A stretch of DNA of 28,894 nucleotides from Nitrospiraceae bacterium (GCA_036380815.1 DASVEA010000030.1:1-28894); one strand, 5' to 3'. Positions 8,999 to 18,559 are shown, counted from the first letter of the stretch. Numbers and translations: made by a program. The notes: generated by a model not told the origin, from the letters alone.

Positions 8999-10666
8999 AT
9001 GAGCAACAAACGTCTTATCATCGTCGGTGGCGTCGCGGGAGGGGCCAGCGCGGCCGCACGCGCGCGACGGCTGTGCGAGGACTGCGAGATCATCATGTTC
9101 GAGCGCGGCCCGCACGTGTCGTTTGCCAACTGCGGACTGCCCTATTTTGTCGGGGGTGAAATCGCCGAGCAAGACAGCCTGCTGGTACAAACGCCCGAGA
9201 GCCTTAAGGCGCGTTTCAATCTGGATGTACGCATCAACACCGAGGTCATCCGCCTTGACCGCGCGGCCAGGCGCATCCGGGTGCGTGAGTGTGAAACAGG
9301 CCGTGAATACGAAGAAGCCTACGATGCACTGATACTTTCCACGGGCGCATCGCCGCTGAAACCGCCCATCCCCGGAATCGAGCGCCCGAACCATTTTGTG
9401 GTGCGAAGTATCCCCGATGTGGAAAAAATCATGGCGTGGTCGAAAGATTGCCAGCGTTGTCGCGCCGTCGTAGTCGGCGGCGGCTACATCGGACTCGAAA
9501 TGGCTGAGCAACTGCGGCACCGCGGGTTCGACGTGACGATGGCGCAAGCACTGCCCCAGGTGATGACACCCTTTGACCCGGAAATGGCTGCCTGGCTGCA
9601 CGCGGAGTTGCGTGCCAATGGCGTGGCCCTGCATCTGAACGATCCCGTGGTATCGTTCGAGCTGCCTTCAGAGCAGGAGCCTGCCCGTGCTTCTATCGTG
9701 GTGCTGAAAAGCGGTCAACGATTGCCCGCTGACTCCGTCGTGCTCGGATTGGGTGTGAAACCTGAAGTGGGTCTAGCAAAGGATGCCGGTTTGGAGATCG
9801 GACAACTCGGCGGTATTCGGGTCAACGAACATCTCCAGACCAGCGACCCGCACATCTGGGCGGTGGGCGATGCCATCGAGGTGCAAGATGGGGTCACAGG
9901 TCAATGGGCGCTGATTCCGCTGGCTGGTCCGGCGAATCGCCAGGGCCGCATTGCCGCCGACAATATCCTGGGCCGCACGTCCCGATACAAACACACCTGG
10001 GGCACCGCCATCCTGCGATTGTTCACTCTCACCGCCGGTTGCACGGGCGCTAATGAGAAATCCCTCCGGCATGCCGCCATTCCTTTTCAGGCGATTCATC
10101 TTCACCCCGGCTCTCACGCAGGCTATTACCCCGGCGCCGAACCCATCGCGCTGAAAGTCCTGTTCGCGCCTGACACAGGCAAACTGCTCGGTGCCCAAGC
10201 CATCGGCCATGAAGGCGTGGACAAACGCATCGATGTCCTGGCCACCGCACTCAAGGCCGGGATGACCGTTCACGACCTGGCCGAACTGGAGCTAGCCTAC
10301 GCACCGCCATACGGATCGGCGAAAGACCCCGTCAACCTTGCCGGGATGGCCGCGCAAAACGTGCTCGCCGGTGACGTGGCACTCGCGCAGTGGAACGAAG
10401 TGGCATCATTCGATCCCAACACCACGCTGCTGCTGGATGTTCGGCGTCCCGATGAGCGTGCGCGAGGGTTCATTCCCGGCTCGACCCACATTCCGCTGGA
10501 TGAGTTGCGCCAGCGCCTGGACGAATTGCCTCGTGATCGTGAAATCGTCGCGTATTGCCAGAGTGGCCAGCGCTCCTACAACGCAGCGCGCATCCTGAGC
10601 CAACACGGCTTCCGCGTCCGCAACCTGACGGGATCGTATCGCACATGGCGAGCCGCCCAACCTTGA
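8999..10666 (+). CDS. CoA-disulfide/persulfide reductase with C-terminal rhodanese domain
   Basis: GGVAGGAS (FAD), SFANCGLPY (redox Cys), GGGYIGLE (NAD(P)H), YAPPY, rhodanese LLDVR..YCQSGQRS. ATG 8999 preferred over TTG 8882. Confidence 0.92.
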   Translation: MSNKRLIIVGGVAGGASAAARARRLCEDCEIIMFERGPHVSFANCGLPYFVGGEIAEQDSLLVQTPESLKARFNLDVRINTEVIRLDRAARRIRVRECETGREYEEAYDALILSTGASPLKPPIPGIERPNHFVVRSIPDVEKIMAWSKDCQRCRAVVVGGGYIGLEMAEQLRHRGFDVTMAQALPQVMTPFDPEMAAWLHAELRANGVALHLNDPVVSFELPSEQEPARASIVVLKSGQRLPADSVVLGLGVKPEVGLAKDAGLEIGQLGGIRVNEHLQTSDPHIWAVGDAIEVQDGVTGQWALIPLAGPANRQGRIAADNILGRTSRYKHTWGTAILRLFTLTAGCTGANEKSLRHAAIPFQAIHLHPGSHAGYYPGAEPIALKVLFAPDTGKLLGAQAIGHEGVDKRIDVLATALKAGMTVHDLAELELAYAPPYGSAKDPVNLAGMAAQNVLAGDVALAQWNEVASFDPNTTLLLDVRRPDERARGFIPGSTHIPLDELRQRLDELPRDREIVAYCQSGQRSYNAARILSQHGFRVRNLTGSYRTWRAAQP

Positions 10667-10708
10667 TGAGTTACCAGGCGACCGCATTCCCAAATCAAAA
10701 TATCTCTC

Positions 10709-11782
10709 ATGGTTGACCTCAAATTTACGTTCCTCGCCCTTTCCCAGTTCCTGCACCATCATTTGCTCTGGTTCTTGATCAGCGCCTATGCCATCGCCGC
10801 CGTCTTTCCAACGGCCGGTTTATGGATCAGGAGTACCACATTCGGCGACGTTCAAATTTTCCAGACACAGATCCATGTCTCGTTACTCCTGCTCCTCCTC
10901 GCCACGCTCATGTTTAACGCTGGATTGGGCGTGAAGACGTCGCACTTAAAATCTCTCATGCAAAAAAGCAAGGTGATGTTGGCCGGGCTTGCGGCCAATC
11001 TCGTCATCCCCATGATCTATATTTTTGGCGTCACCCTGGTCATGCGGCTGTGGTATGAGCCGGACGAAGCGCAGCATATCCTCGTCGGCCTCGCGTTGGT
11101 CGCTGCCATGCCGATTGCCGGAGCGTCTACTGCCTGGGCGCAGAACTCCAATGGAAATTTGGCGCTGAGCTTAGGATTGGTCCTCTCCTCAACCGTTCTG
11201 AGCCCTATCGTCACGCCTGTGGCGCTGCAGGTATTCGGGGAGATGGCGTCGGAGGAGTATGAGAGGGTGCTGCAGGACCTCGCCGCCTACGGATCGGGAG
11301 CGTTCTTGGGCCTCTGGATCGTACTGCCATCCATGCTGGGCCTTGGTGTACGATTCGCAGTTCCTGAAGCCCGGCTCACAGCCGTCATGCCATTCATCAA
11401 ACTCATCAATGCCATCGTGTTATTGCTATTGAACTACTCGAATGGATCGGTCTCCCTTCCCCAGGCAGTGGCGGACCGCGATTTCGACTTTTTGGCGGTG
11501 ACGTTGGGAATCACCACAGGCCTCTGCTTCACAGCCTTCGCTTCCGGATATGGGTTGAGCCGTCTGTTCAAGGTAGACCAGGCTGAACGTGTCTCGCTCA
11601 TGTATGGACTGGGGATGAATAACAACGGGACTGGGCTGGTCTTGGCCTCTCTTGTGCTTGGCTCTTACCCACGAGTCATGGTCCCAATCATCCTGTACAA
11701 CTTGGTCCAGCATCTCGTAGCGGGAACTGTGCATTCGATCATAGGGAGGACGTTGACCAACCAGAAGTCTGAGAGTGGATAG
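10709..11782 (+). CDS. Bile acid:sodium symporter (SBF) family transporter
   Basis: About 10 hydrophobic segments; AAMPIAGASTAWAQNSNGNLALS and GMNNNGTGLVLA motifs. Confidence 0.88.
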   Translation: MVDLKFTFLALSQFLHHHLLWFLISAYAIAAVFPTAGLWIRSTTFGDVQIFQTQIHVSLLLLLLATLMFNAGLGVKTSHLKSLMQKSKVMLAGLAANLVIPMIYIFGVTLVMRLWYEPDEAQHILVGLALVAAMPIAGASTAWAQNSNGNLALSLGLVLSSTVLSPIVTPVALQVFGEMASEEYERVLQDLAAYGSGAFLGLWIVLPSMLGLGVRFAVPEARLTAVMPFIKLINAIVLLLLNYSNGSVSLPQAVADRDFDFLAVTLGITTGLCFTAFASGYGLSRLFKVDQAERVSLMYGLGMNNNGTGLVLASLVLGSYPRVMVPIILYNLVQHLVAGTVHSIIGRTLTNQKSESG

Positions 11783-11820
11783 GGGGATGCTGTCCGCTGT
11801 AAAGAAGCGTCAAGCGGACC

Positions 11821-11938
11821 CTGCTCTGTGGCTCCAGCCATGGCAAGCCGACTCGCAAATGTATGACGCGGGGTATGCCCAGGTCATCCCCTCTAGCCTC
11901 AGTCGCTTAATGGCTGGTAAGAAGACCCGCGAATAGTG
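11821..11938 (-). pseudogene. Tyrosine recombinase/integrase C-terminal fragment (frameshifted)
   Basis: HYSRVFLPAIKRLRLEGMTW, a 1-nt insertion near 11878-11881, then HTPRHTFASRLAMAGATEQ (H-x-x-R box). The rest of the gene is absent. Confidence 0.75.
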
Positions 11939-12237
11939 CATCAGCGGCGGCACCGTGCATCTCAGTTCGTTCATAGTACAATGCGGCATCCTGAATCCCT
12001 GGAGTCCAGAAACACTATGACGTTCATTTAAATTCTTTCTGTATGCACTGTATGCATTCCGCTTCTGTTCGCTTTCGCCTGATGATTCAGTATGATCCGT
12101 CGAATTCATTTGTTCGACGCCTCTGTTTTCATACAACACCCTGTACGGCACTGTGTCAGTCAGCCTTTATTCCCCGCTTCTGCCTGCTTTTACTTGACTG
12201 CTATTCGGCATAAACCTTGCTCGACTGCGAAGTCACC

Positions 12238-12552
12238 ATGAAAGTAATTTGTGCGTGGTGTGAACAAGAAGGGAAGCAGACCCTCATACGTGAAGTGGCA
12301 CTGTATGACAGACTAATGACATCGCATGGCATTTGTGGTGATCACCAAAAAGCATTGTTGAAGCGGATTAGGGTGCGAAGAAATACGGAGAATCCAAGAC
12401 TTCCTAGACGGAGGCATTCTCGCGTTACACCGAGATCATCGACCCGTTTACCGGCTTCGCGGACAACTCGCATTCGCACACCGACTTGCCGTCGTCTCCT
12501 GAACAATCGCCTGTCCAAGGCACAACTACAGCTTCCATTCACTGACTTCTAA
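12238..12552 (+). CDS. Hypothetical zinc-finger-like protein with Arg-rich tail, 104 aa
   Basis: VICAWC...SHGICGDH (CxxC..HxxCxxH), then a basic low-complexity region ending QLQLPFTDF. Confidence 0.55.
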   Translation: MKVICAWCEQEGKQTLIREVALYDRLMTSHGICGDHQKALLKRIRVRRNTENPRLPRRRHSRVTPRSSTRLPASRTTRIRTPTCRRLLNNRLSKAQLQLPFTDF

Positions 12553-12722
12553 GGATGCCTCCTGTGTTCATCTTCCGTTTCGATAGCTGCTGACACCGTA
12601 TCAGCGGATTCCAATCCTCCAGCCCTGTATCCATTGCTGCTCGATTGAAGCTATTGACGCGCTGTGTCTCCAGGCGCAAGGTGGTCCATACTTTCGACCA
12701 CCACAACGACAGGAGGAATCGC

Positions 12723-13313
12723 ATGAGCAGCACGATGCAGCTGTCTAATAGTTCCATGCTGATGCTAGGACTCTGTGTCTTGGTCGAGAGTTTGCTCTCT
12801 ATTGGGGCAGGAGTGAGCAGTGCTTTTGCGGCTCCCCCATCGGATCCCAATCCCACCACGGATGTCTCCGAACTCACCTTGAATTGGGACAAGAAGTTGC
12901 CGAGCGCCACGCGGTTTACTATCTTGAGTGTCTTCGGGGATGCGGCGGTGCGAGACGATGAAACCGGGCTCGTGTGGGAAAAGACTCTGGAAACAAAGGA
13001 GGTGTCCTGGACCGATGCTCGTGCTGCCTGCGCCAATAAGGACGTGGGCGGCCGGAAAGGCTGGAGGTTGCCGTCGATTTTTGAACTGGCGAGTCTGGTG
13101 GATCCTTCCACAAGAACAGGGCCCACCCTGCCCCTGGATCATCCTTTTACCAGCGTTCAGATGGATGCGTATTGGTCGGCGACGACGATCGCAGGTAATC
13201 CCAACAGCGCGTGGATCGTGTTCTTCGACACCGGTAAGGTGCTCCACGCCTTTAAGACCATTACCTTCCATGTCTGGTGTGTGCGCGGTGGCATGAATGC
13301 GGATCAGTATTGA
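12723..13313 (+). CDS. Secreted DUF1566 (Lcl C-terminal domain) protein
   Basis: AGGAGG SD; hydrophobic N-terminus; VRDDETGLVWEK, WTDARAAC, GWRLPSIFELASL, YWSATT. Confidence 0.85.
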   Translation: MSSTMQLSNSSMLMLGLCVLVESLLSIGAGVSSAFAAPPSDPNPTTDVSELTLNWDKKLPSATRFTILSVFGDAAVRDDETGLVWEKTLETKEVSWTDARAACANKDVGGRKGWRLPSIFELASLVDPSTRTGPTLPLDHPFTSVQMDAYWSATTIAGNPNSAWIVFFDTGKVLHAFKTITFHVWCVRGGMNADQY

Positions 13314-13531
13314 AGGAGGGGTGGAGTTCGATCCTCGTGCCACACCGGTGCCAAAACACCCTGTCACGGGACGATCCATGATGAGTTGCACCAACACGAA
13401 TCTTCCTCTTTTGCTCTGGATTCGTGGCTGAGTGTTCTGCGGCAGGTCTTCGGCGGGACTCCAAATCTGTACGCGGTGCGGCAGGCAGTATACCAAGGGA
13501 TCGACGGCGTGTGTCCCAAGTAGAAAAACAG

Positions 13532-15076
13532 CTACAGGCTGCTCCCCATTCGGGTGGTTTCGATGAACTGCTCGGTTGAATCGTCGACGGCACGGGCTCG
13601 TCGTCCTTTTGACGGAAGAATGTAGAGAAGCTTCGAGTTCACAGTTTCCTGCTCGGCTGGCGGGAGCGACATTTCGTACGACACCGAGCGTTGGTGGTCG
13701 ACCATCTGGAGCTTTGGGTTGTGCACAGTGTTGAACTTCCACAGCATCTTCACGAAGTTGGTCTGCCCACGCATGAGATGCCCAGCCGCGAGTCTTGCAG
13801 TGGACCTCAGGGCGGCCCAACCCAGATGCTTCTTGTTGAGAATCTGTTGAGTCCTGACTAGCTCCGCGTAGAACTCTGGAAGGGGCATCCTCGTCGGCAG
13901 CACGGCGTGTTGAATATCAAAGAGGCGGTAATCCCTTGTCTGGATCTTGCGCGATTCCGTGTGCCAGCTCTCAGTTCCGGGGTAGGGAGTGTTGACACTG
14001 ATGTTCACAATCTCAGGGATTTCCATGCACCACTGCCGGACCGTCTCGAATCGTTTCTGATCCCAGTCAGGATCGGCGATTAGATTGATGGCAACGGTGA
14101 GGCCAAGGGAGCGGGCAAACTCCAGCGCTTCAAAGTTTCTCCCCAGCGAAATGCGCTTTCGATGCATCCGGAGTCCTTCTTCATCGATCGCCTCCACACC
14201 CAAAAACATGTACTGGAGTCCAAGCGTCTTCCAGAACTGGAAGACCTCCTTATTGCGCAATAAGACATCGCCGCGCGTCTCCATGTAGTACTGTTTCTTA
14301 ATCCCTCGCCGCGCCACCGCTTCACCGATTTCGAGTCCCTGTTTCGCTTGGATAAATGCGACATCGTCGACCAGGAAGATCCCCGGTTCTTGAACCTGTT
14401 CCAGCTCCTCCACCACCTTTTCCGTGCTGACCATCCGATAGCTGCGGCCATAGAAGGTCCAGGCGCTGCAGAACGAGCAATCCCAGGGACAGCCTCGCGC
14501 AAACTCGATCGAGGCGCAGGGATCCAGGACCCCGATGAAATATTTGCGCCGGTGCCTGACCAGATCGCGCGCCGGACGTATATCGTCGAGGCTCTCAATG
14601 AACTGTGGCGGAGGGCCTTCCCCGTCGAGGGTCACAACCCCCGGAACTTTCGTGATCGCCTGGCGGTCGTGCTCTACGGCCAGCAACAGCTTGGAGACAG
14701 ACGCCTCCCCTTCGCCCTTGAGAACGCAATCAATCGCGCCATCCCCGTGCTCCAGAAAGTCTTTTGCCACAAAGGAGGCGCTATGCCCCCCCACAAAGAC
14801 AAAACAGTTCGGTAATTCCTTCTTGGTCAACTTCGCAAGATCCACGACCTCCGGTACATTCGCCAGGTAGTTGCACGCGAACGCCACGACGTGGGGTTTC
14901 CAGGTCCGAATATGCGCCAGGTAATCTTTCCAAGATTCTACTTGTAGGTCGATCAGGTACACGGCATGTCCCGCTTGGCGGGCAGCCTGGGCGACCATCT
15001 CGAGTCCGAGTGGTTCCAGCCGTAGATAGATCTTGGTGTACATGAGCGGACCGGGATGAACTGCGAGGAGTTTCAT
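13532..15076 (-). CDS. hpnR: Hopanoid C-3 methylase (B12-binding radical SAM)
   Basis: N-terminus MKLLAVHPGPLMYTKIYLRLEPLGLE is characteristic of HpnR; B12 region VGGHSASF; CPWDCSFC radical SAM motif; 514 aa. Confidence 0.88.
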   Translation of the reverse strand: MKLLAVHPGPLMYTKIYLRLEPLGLEMVAQAARQAGHAVYLIDLQVESWKDYLAHIRTWKPHVVAFACNYLANVPEVVDLAKLTKKELPNCFVFVGGHSASFVAKDFLEHGDGAIDCVLKGEGEASVSKLLLAVEHDRQAITKVPGVVTLDGEGPPPQFIESLDDIRPARDLVRHRRKYFIGVLDPCASIEFARGCPWDCSFCSAWTFYGRSYRMVSTEKVVEELEQVQEPGIFLVDDVAFIQAKQGLEIGEAVARRGIKKQYYMETRGDVLLRNKEVFQFWKTLGLQYMFLGVEAIDEEGLRMHRKRISLGRNFEALEFARSLGLTVAINLIADPDWDQKRFETVRQWCMEIPEIVNISVNTPYPGTESWHTESRKIQTRDYRLFDIQHAVLPTRMPLPEFYAELVRTQQILNKKHLGWAALRSTARLAAGHLMRGQTNFVKMLWKFNTVHNPKLQMVDHQRSVSYEMSLPPAEQETVNSKLLYILPSKGRRARAVDDSTEQFIETTRMGSSL

Positions 15077-15661
15077 TTCCTCACCCTCTTCTTCGGAAGA
15101 CGCATGGTCAGATTCGAGGCTGTCGATGATGAATCAGCCCGGTGCTGGTCCAACCGAGTGGTGCCGTGGTCGTGGAATGGAATCCTTAACACGCAAGTCA
15201 TGTACCTGGTGGAGATGTTAGCCGGCCCCATGCATGTCTTATTGTATCGGGGGGTGACGTTGGGGTGCAATGAAGGAAGAGAGTTGACGAACTACTGGGA
15301 AAGGGGGCAATGTGCGACACGCGGCACACATCATTGCGAGGCATTACGCGACACAGACACTATACTGCCATTCTTAGCCTATCAAGCGTGGTCCATGCCT
15401 CCGGCGAAACACACACGGTCCGAACTGGCGTGGTGGCCTATCAGCTGGGGGCAGATCATTATGAGATCTGAGCAGGGTCGGTTGGATAAGAATTTATGGA
15501 TGTAGATCCTCCGCACGTAGCCGGAAGGCGGATGTGCCCTGGAGCTGTTGCCGCCTCATGACGAAACAGGGCGCAGGAGATCAGTCTCGATGTTTGCCCG
15601 TTGCTTTGACCTTGTATAAGGAGTAGTTTTTCTGACATTCGCAATCCGAAAGGAGGCTACC

Positions 15662-16849
15662 GTGAAACCATTCCGACTCCTCTCTTTGACTTTGGGGCTA
15701 CTTCTCTCGTGCACGCCTCTGGCGTCGGCGGAAATTCTTGCCCTCCTCAACTATGAGAGTAAGCCCGACCAGCCAGTGAGACGAGAAGGGATCGCGATCA
15801 TGGACATTGATCCCGAGTCTTCGGACTTCGGGAAGATCCTGATGGAGATTCCGCTTCCGTCCGACCTTGTCGCTCACCACATCTTCTTCAACCGCGATCG
15901 GACGAAAGCCTACATCACGGCGTTAGCCAAATCCGTGCTGCACGTCGTGGATCTCACCCGCTTCCCCTATCGGCTGCGTGCCATTGCTGTACCGGACTGC
16001 CAGGTCTTGGAAGACTTGGTGGTCTCGGAAGATAATCGGACCTGGTACCTCACCTGTATGGGCTCAAGCACGGTGATTATGGGGGACGCCGTGAAAGATC
16101 AGCCGATCAAAACGATCAGTGCGGCTGAACCGACAGCGGCCTTTATCCTGAATCCGCACGGCATTGCGATTCACAATGGCATTGATCGGGTTCTCATCAC
16201 CAGCACCGTCAAGCCGGATAATATGGCGGAGGCGGGTGAGACGGTCACGGTGTTGGAGGCCAGTACCGGGACGGTGCTGTCGACGCACAAAGTCTCGTCG
16301 CAACCGTCTCCCGCCAAAGCCGCCCCTGTCGAAGTCATGTTTGCCCCGAAGGCGAATCCGCCGGTGGTGCACATTACCAATATGTTCGAAGCGACGCTGT
16401 GGGCCGGGATCTGGGATCCGAAAGCCGAGTCGTTTTCCTTTTATCAGGTGGACGACTTTGGCGCGAGGGAACAAGAGATGCCGTTGGAAATGCTCTATAA
16501 CGCGAAGGGGGACCGCTTATACGTCACCACGGCCAAGCCGGGGTTTGTCAATCTGTATGACAATGCCGATCCACGACAGCCGAAGTTTCTTCAAGCCATT
16601 CCTGCCGCTCCAGGCGCCCATCATAGTGTCTTGTCGCCCGATGAACGGTATCTGTTCGTCCAAAATAGTCTGCTCAATTTGGAAGGCATGAGCGACGGGT
16701 CCATCACGGTGATCGACTTGGCAAAGGGCGGGAAGGTGCTGGGGAGTATTGAGACGTTGAAAAAGAAGGGATTCAACCCCAACTGCATTATGCTGCTTCC
16801 CAATCATTTTCAGCAGGCCGGCTTGCGTGCAAGCCAGGTTCTCGAGTGA
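15662..16849 (+). CDS. Secreted YncE/YVTN-like beta-propeller protein
   Basis: AGGAGG SD; signal peptide (..TPLASA/E); blade repeats KAYIT, NPHGIAI, DRLYVT, LSPDERYLFV. Confidence 0.8.
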   Translation: MKPFRLLSLTLGLLLSCTPLASAEILALLNYESKPDQPVRREGIAIMDIDPESSDFGKILMEIPLPSDLVAHHIFFNRDRTKAYITALAKSVLHVVDLTRFPYRLRAIAVPDCQVLEDLVVSEDNRTWYLTCMGSSTVIMGDAVKDQPIKTISAAEPTAAFILNPHGIAIHNGIDRVLITSTVKPDNMAEAGETVTVLEASTGTVLSTHKVSSQPSPAKAAPVEVMFAPKANPPVVHITNMFEATLWAGIWDPKAESFSFYQVDDFGAREQEMPLEMLYNAKGDRLYVTTAKPGFVNLYDNADPRQPKFLQAIPAAPGAHHSVLSPDERYLFVQNSLLNLEGMSDGSITVIDLAKGGKVLGSIETLKKKGFNPNCIMLLPNHFQQAGLRASQVLE

Positions 16850-16958
16850 CCCGGCGGCAAGACGTTCCTTCACGAAACCTTTTCTGGCCCGCTTGCGCTG
16901 TCATCCACGATGGGAGTAGGCTACGCCCGCCGGCTGTTCCGCAGTTCGGAAGCTCGCC

Positions 16959-17075
16959 ATGGGGGCTGTCTTCCTCCTTCTCCTGCCGCTGGTCTTCTCC
17001 GTCACACCGGCACTCGCCAAACCCAGCTTCGACGAGACGCACGAGGGTCAACCTGAGGGAACAAATCTCGAATGA
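16959..17075 (+). CDS. 38-aa ORF with a signal-peptide-like sequence (possibly a truncated secreted protein)
   Basis: MGAVFLLLLPLVFSVTPALA/KPSFDETHEGQPEGTNLE*; stop overlaps the GT2 start (ATGA). No clear SD. Confidence 0.35.
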   Translation: MGAVFLLLLPLVFSVTPALAKPSFDETHEGQPEGTNLE

Positions 17076-17806
17076 AGACAAACATCTCAACGCACAATCA
17101 CTCATCTCTCGTCTCGATCATCCTCTGCACGTACAATCGCGCGCACCTTGTGAAGCGCGCCATTGCTTCGGTGCTGACACAATCCTACCGCAACTGGGAG
17201 CTCATCATCATTGACGACGGTAGTGCGGACAACACCTGGCAGGTCGTGATGCCGGTGGTGAAATCCGACCCGCGCATTACGTATTGCTACCACACGAATA
17301 CAGGTCTTCCACGATCGCGCAATATTGGCATCACGCTCGCCTCAGGGGAGTATACGACGTTTTTAGATTCAGATGATGAGTATCGAGACAATCATCTGGC
17401 GGTCCGAATCGAGGCGATGGAGCACAAACCTTCGCCGGCGTTGCTCTACGGAGGCATTGAGTATGTGGGCCCTCTCGAAAAGCAGTACGCGCCGGATGCA
17501 CAACGTCTTGGCAAGAAGCTCCACCTCAGCAAATGCTATGCAAGCGCGACATTCTTTGCCCGAACGTCTGTGTTCAAGAAATTGAACGGGTTCCACAATC
17601 TCCCCTTTGCGGAAGATTTTGATTTCATTCGGCGAATGAAGAAGAAGGGGTTGAAGATCGCGAAGGTGAAAGCGCCGACGTACTGCTACCGCGTCGATTC
17701 GGACAACCGGCTGTGCGATTTGTATGAACGGGGGGGCGAAGAAGCGATTTTGGAGTTTCGAGCGCACCGAGCAAGGCAACACTACGAGCTTTTCGGCGAC
17801 TCTTGA
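17072..17806 (+). CDS. GT2-family glycosyltransferase
   Basis: VSIILCTYNRAH, ELIIIDDGSADNT, FLDSDD (DxD), AEDFDF. Confidence 0.9.
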   Translation: MKTNISTHNHSSLVSIILCTYNRAHLVKRAIASVLTQSYRNWELIIIDDGSADNTWQVVMPVVKSDPRITYCYHTNTGLPRSRNIGITLASGEYTTFLDSDDEYRDNHLAVRIEAMEHKPSPALLYGGIEYVGPLEKQYAPDAQRLGKKLHLSKCYASATFFARTSVFKKLNGFHNLPFAEDFDFIRRMKKKGLKIAKVKAPTYCYRVDSDNRLCDLYERGGEEAILEFRAHRARQHYELFGDS

Positions 17807-17846
17807 TGTGTCGGTCCCCCTTGAACGTGTCTTTGATGGTTGCAGC

Positions 17847-18521
17847 ATGTGTGGACGTTTTAGCCAAGCCGCCTCCCCTGCGATGATTGCCCAACAGTTT
17901 GACATCACCGCTCTGCCTCTGTTCACACCCCGCTACAACATCGCTCCATCTCAACTCATCGCTGCCATACGGATCGATCCCGACACTGCAACACGGAAGC
18001 TCGTCATGCTCCGCTGGGGGCTCATCCCATCCTGGGCCAAAGACCCCAAGATCGGGAATCAGTGCATCAACGCCAAAGCGGAAACGGTCGCAGAGAAACC
18101 GTCCTTTCGGTCTGCCTTCAAGAAACGTCGGTGTCTCGTCGTCGCGACTGGGTTCTATGAATGGCAGATACAAGGCCGCACCAAGCAACCGATATGGATT
18201 GGCTTACGAAGTCACCGCCCGTTCGCGTTTGCGGGATTGTGGGAGCACTGGACGCCTGCCGAAGGGGAGCCGCTTGAGACTTGTACGATCATCACGACAG
18301 AGCCGAACGATCTCATGGCTCCGATCCACAATCGGATGCCGGTGATTCTCGCCCCCACGGCCTATGACCAGTGGATTGACCCCACCCTCCAGCACATCGA
18401 ACCGCTCAAAGCCCTGCTTCGTCCTTATCCAAGCGAGGAGTTGACGGCCTACCCTGTGAGCACCCTTGTCAATAACCCTCGCCATGATGTGCCGCAGTGC
18501 CTTGAGCCGGTCTCGGTGTAG
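17847..18521 (+). CDS. SOS response-associated peptidase (SRAP, YedK/HMCES family)
   Basis: MCGRF N-terminus with catalytic Cys2, RYNIAPSQ, GFYEW, IHNRMPVIL. The true start must be ATG 17847. Confidence 0.95.
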   Translation: MCGRFSQAASPAMIAQQFDITALPLFTPRYNIAPSQLIAAIRIDPDTATRKLVMLRWGLIPSWAKDPKIGNQCINAKAETVAEKPSFRSAFKKRRCLVVATGFYEWQIQGRTKQPIWIGLRSHRPFAFAGLWEHWTPAEGEPLETCTIITTEPNDLMAPIHNRMPVILAPTAYDQWIDPTLQHIEPLKALLRPYPSEELTAYPVSTLVNNPRHDVPQCLEPVSV

Positions 18522-18559
18522 GGAGTACACTACCGGCTTGCTGGCTGTGAGGGTTTTCG

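Noticed and set aside
12655-12702. Two hairpins upstream of DUF1566 as a riboswitch
   Set aside because: No match to riboswitch cores I know (c-di-GMP, cobalamin, TPP, SAM) and no terminator or SD sequestration.
13321-13345. tRNA gene
   Set aside because: Only a T-loop-like stub; no D arm, anticodon arm, acceptor stem or correctly placed CCA.
12765-13820. 351-aa minus-strand ORF
   Set aside because: Composite shadow overlapping hpnR in another frame and DUF1566 antisense; no motifs.
15056-15505. 149-aa ORF, or a cobalamin riboswitch upstream of hpnR
   Set aside because: The ORF overlaps the hpnR start and lacks an SD and motifs; no B12-box elements were seen on the minus strand.
17806-17846. 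LexA/SOS box before SRAP or umuD
   Set aside because: No CTGT-N8-ACAG or GAAC-N4-GTTC match.
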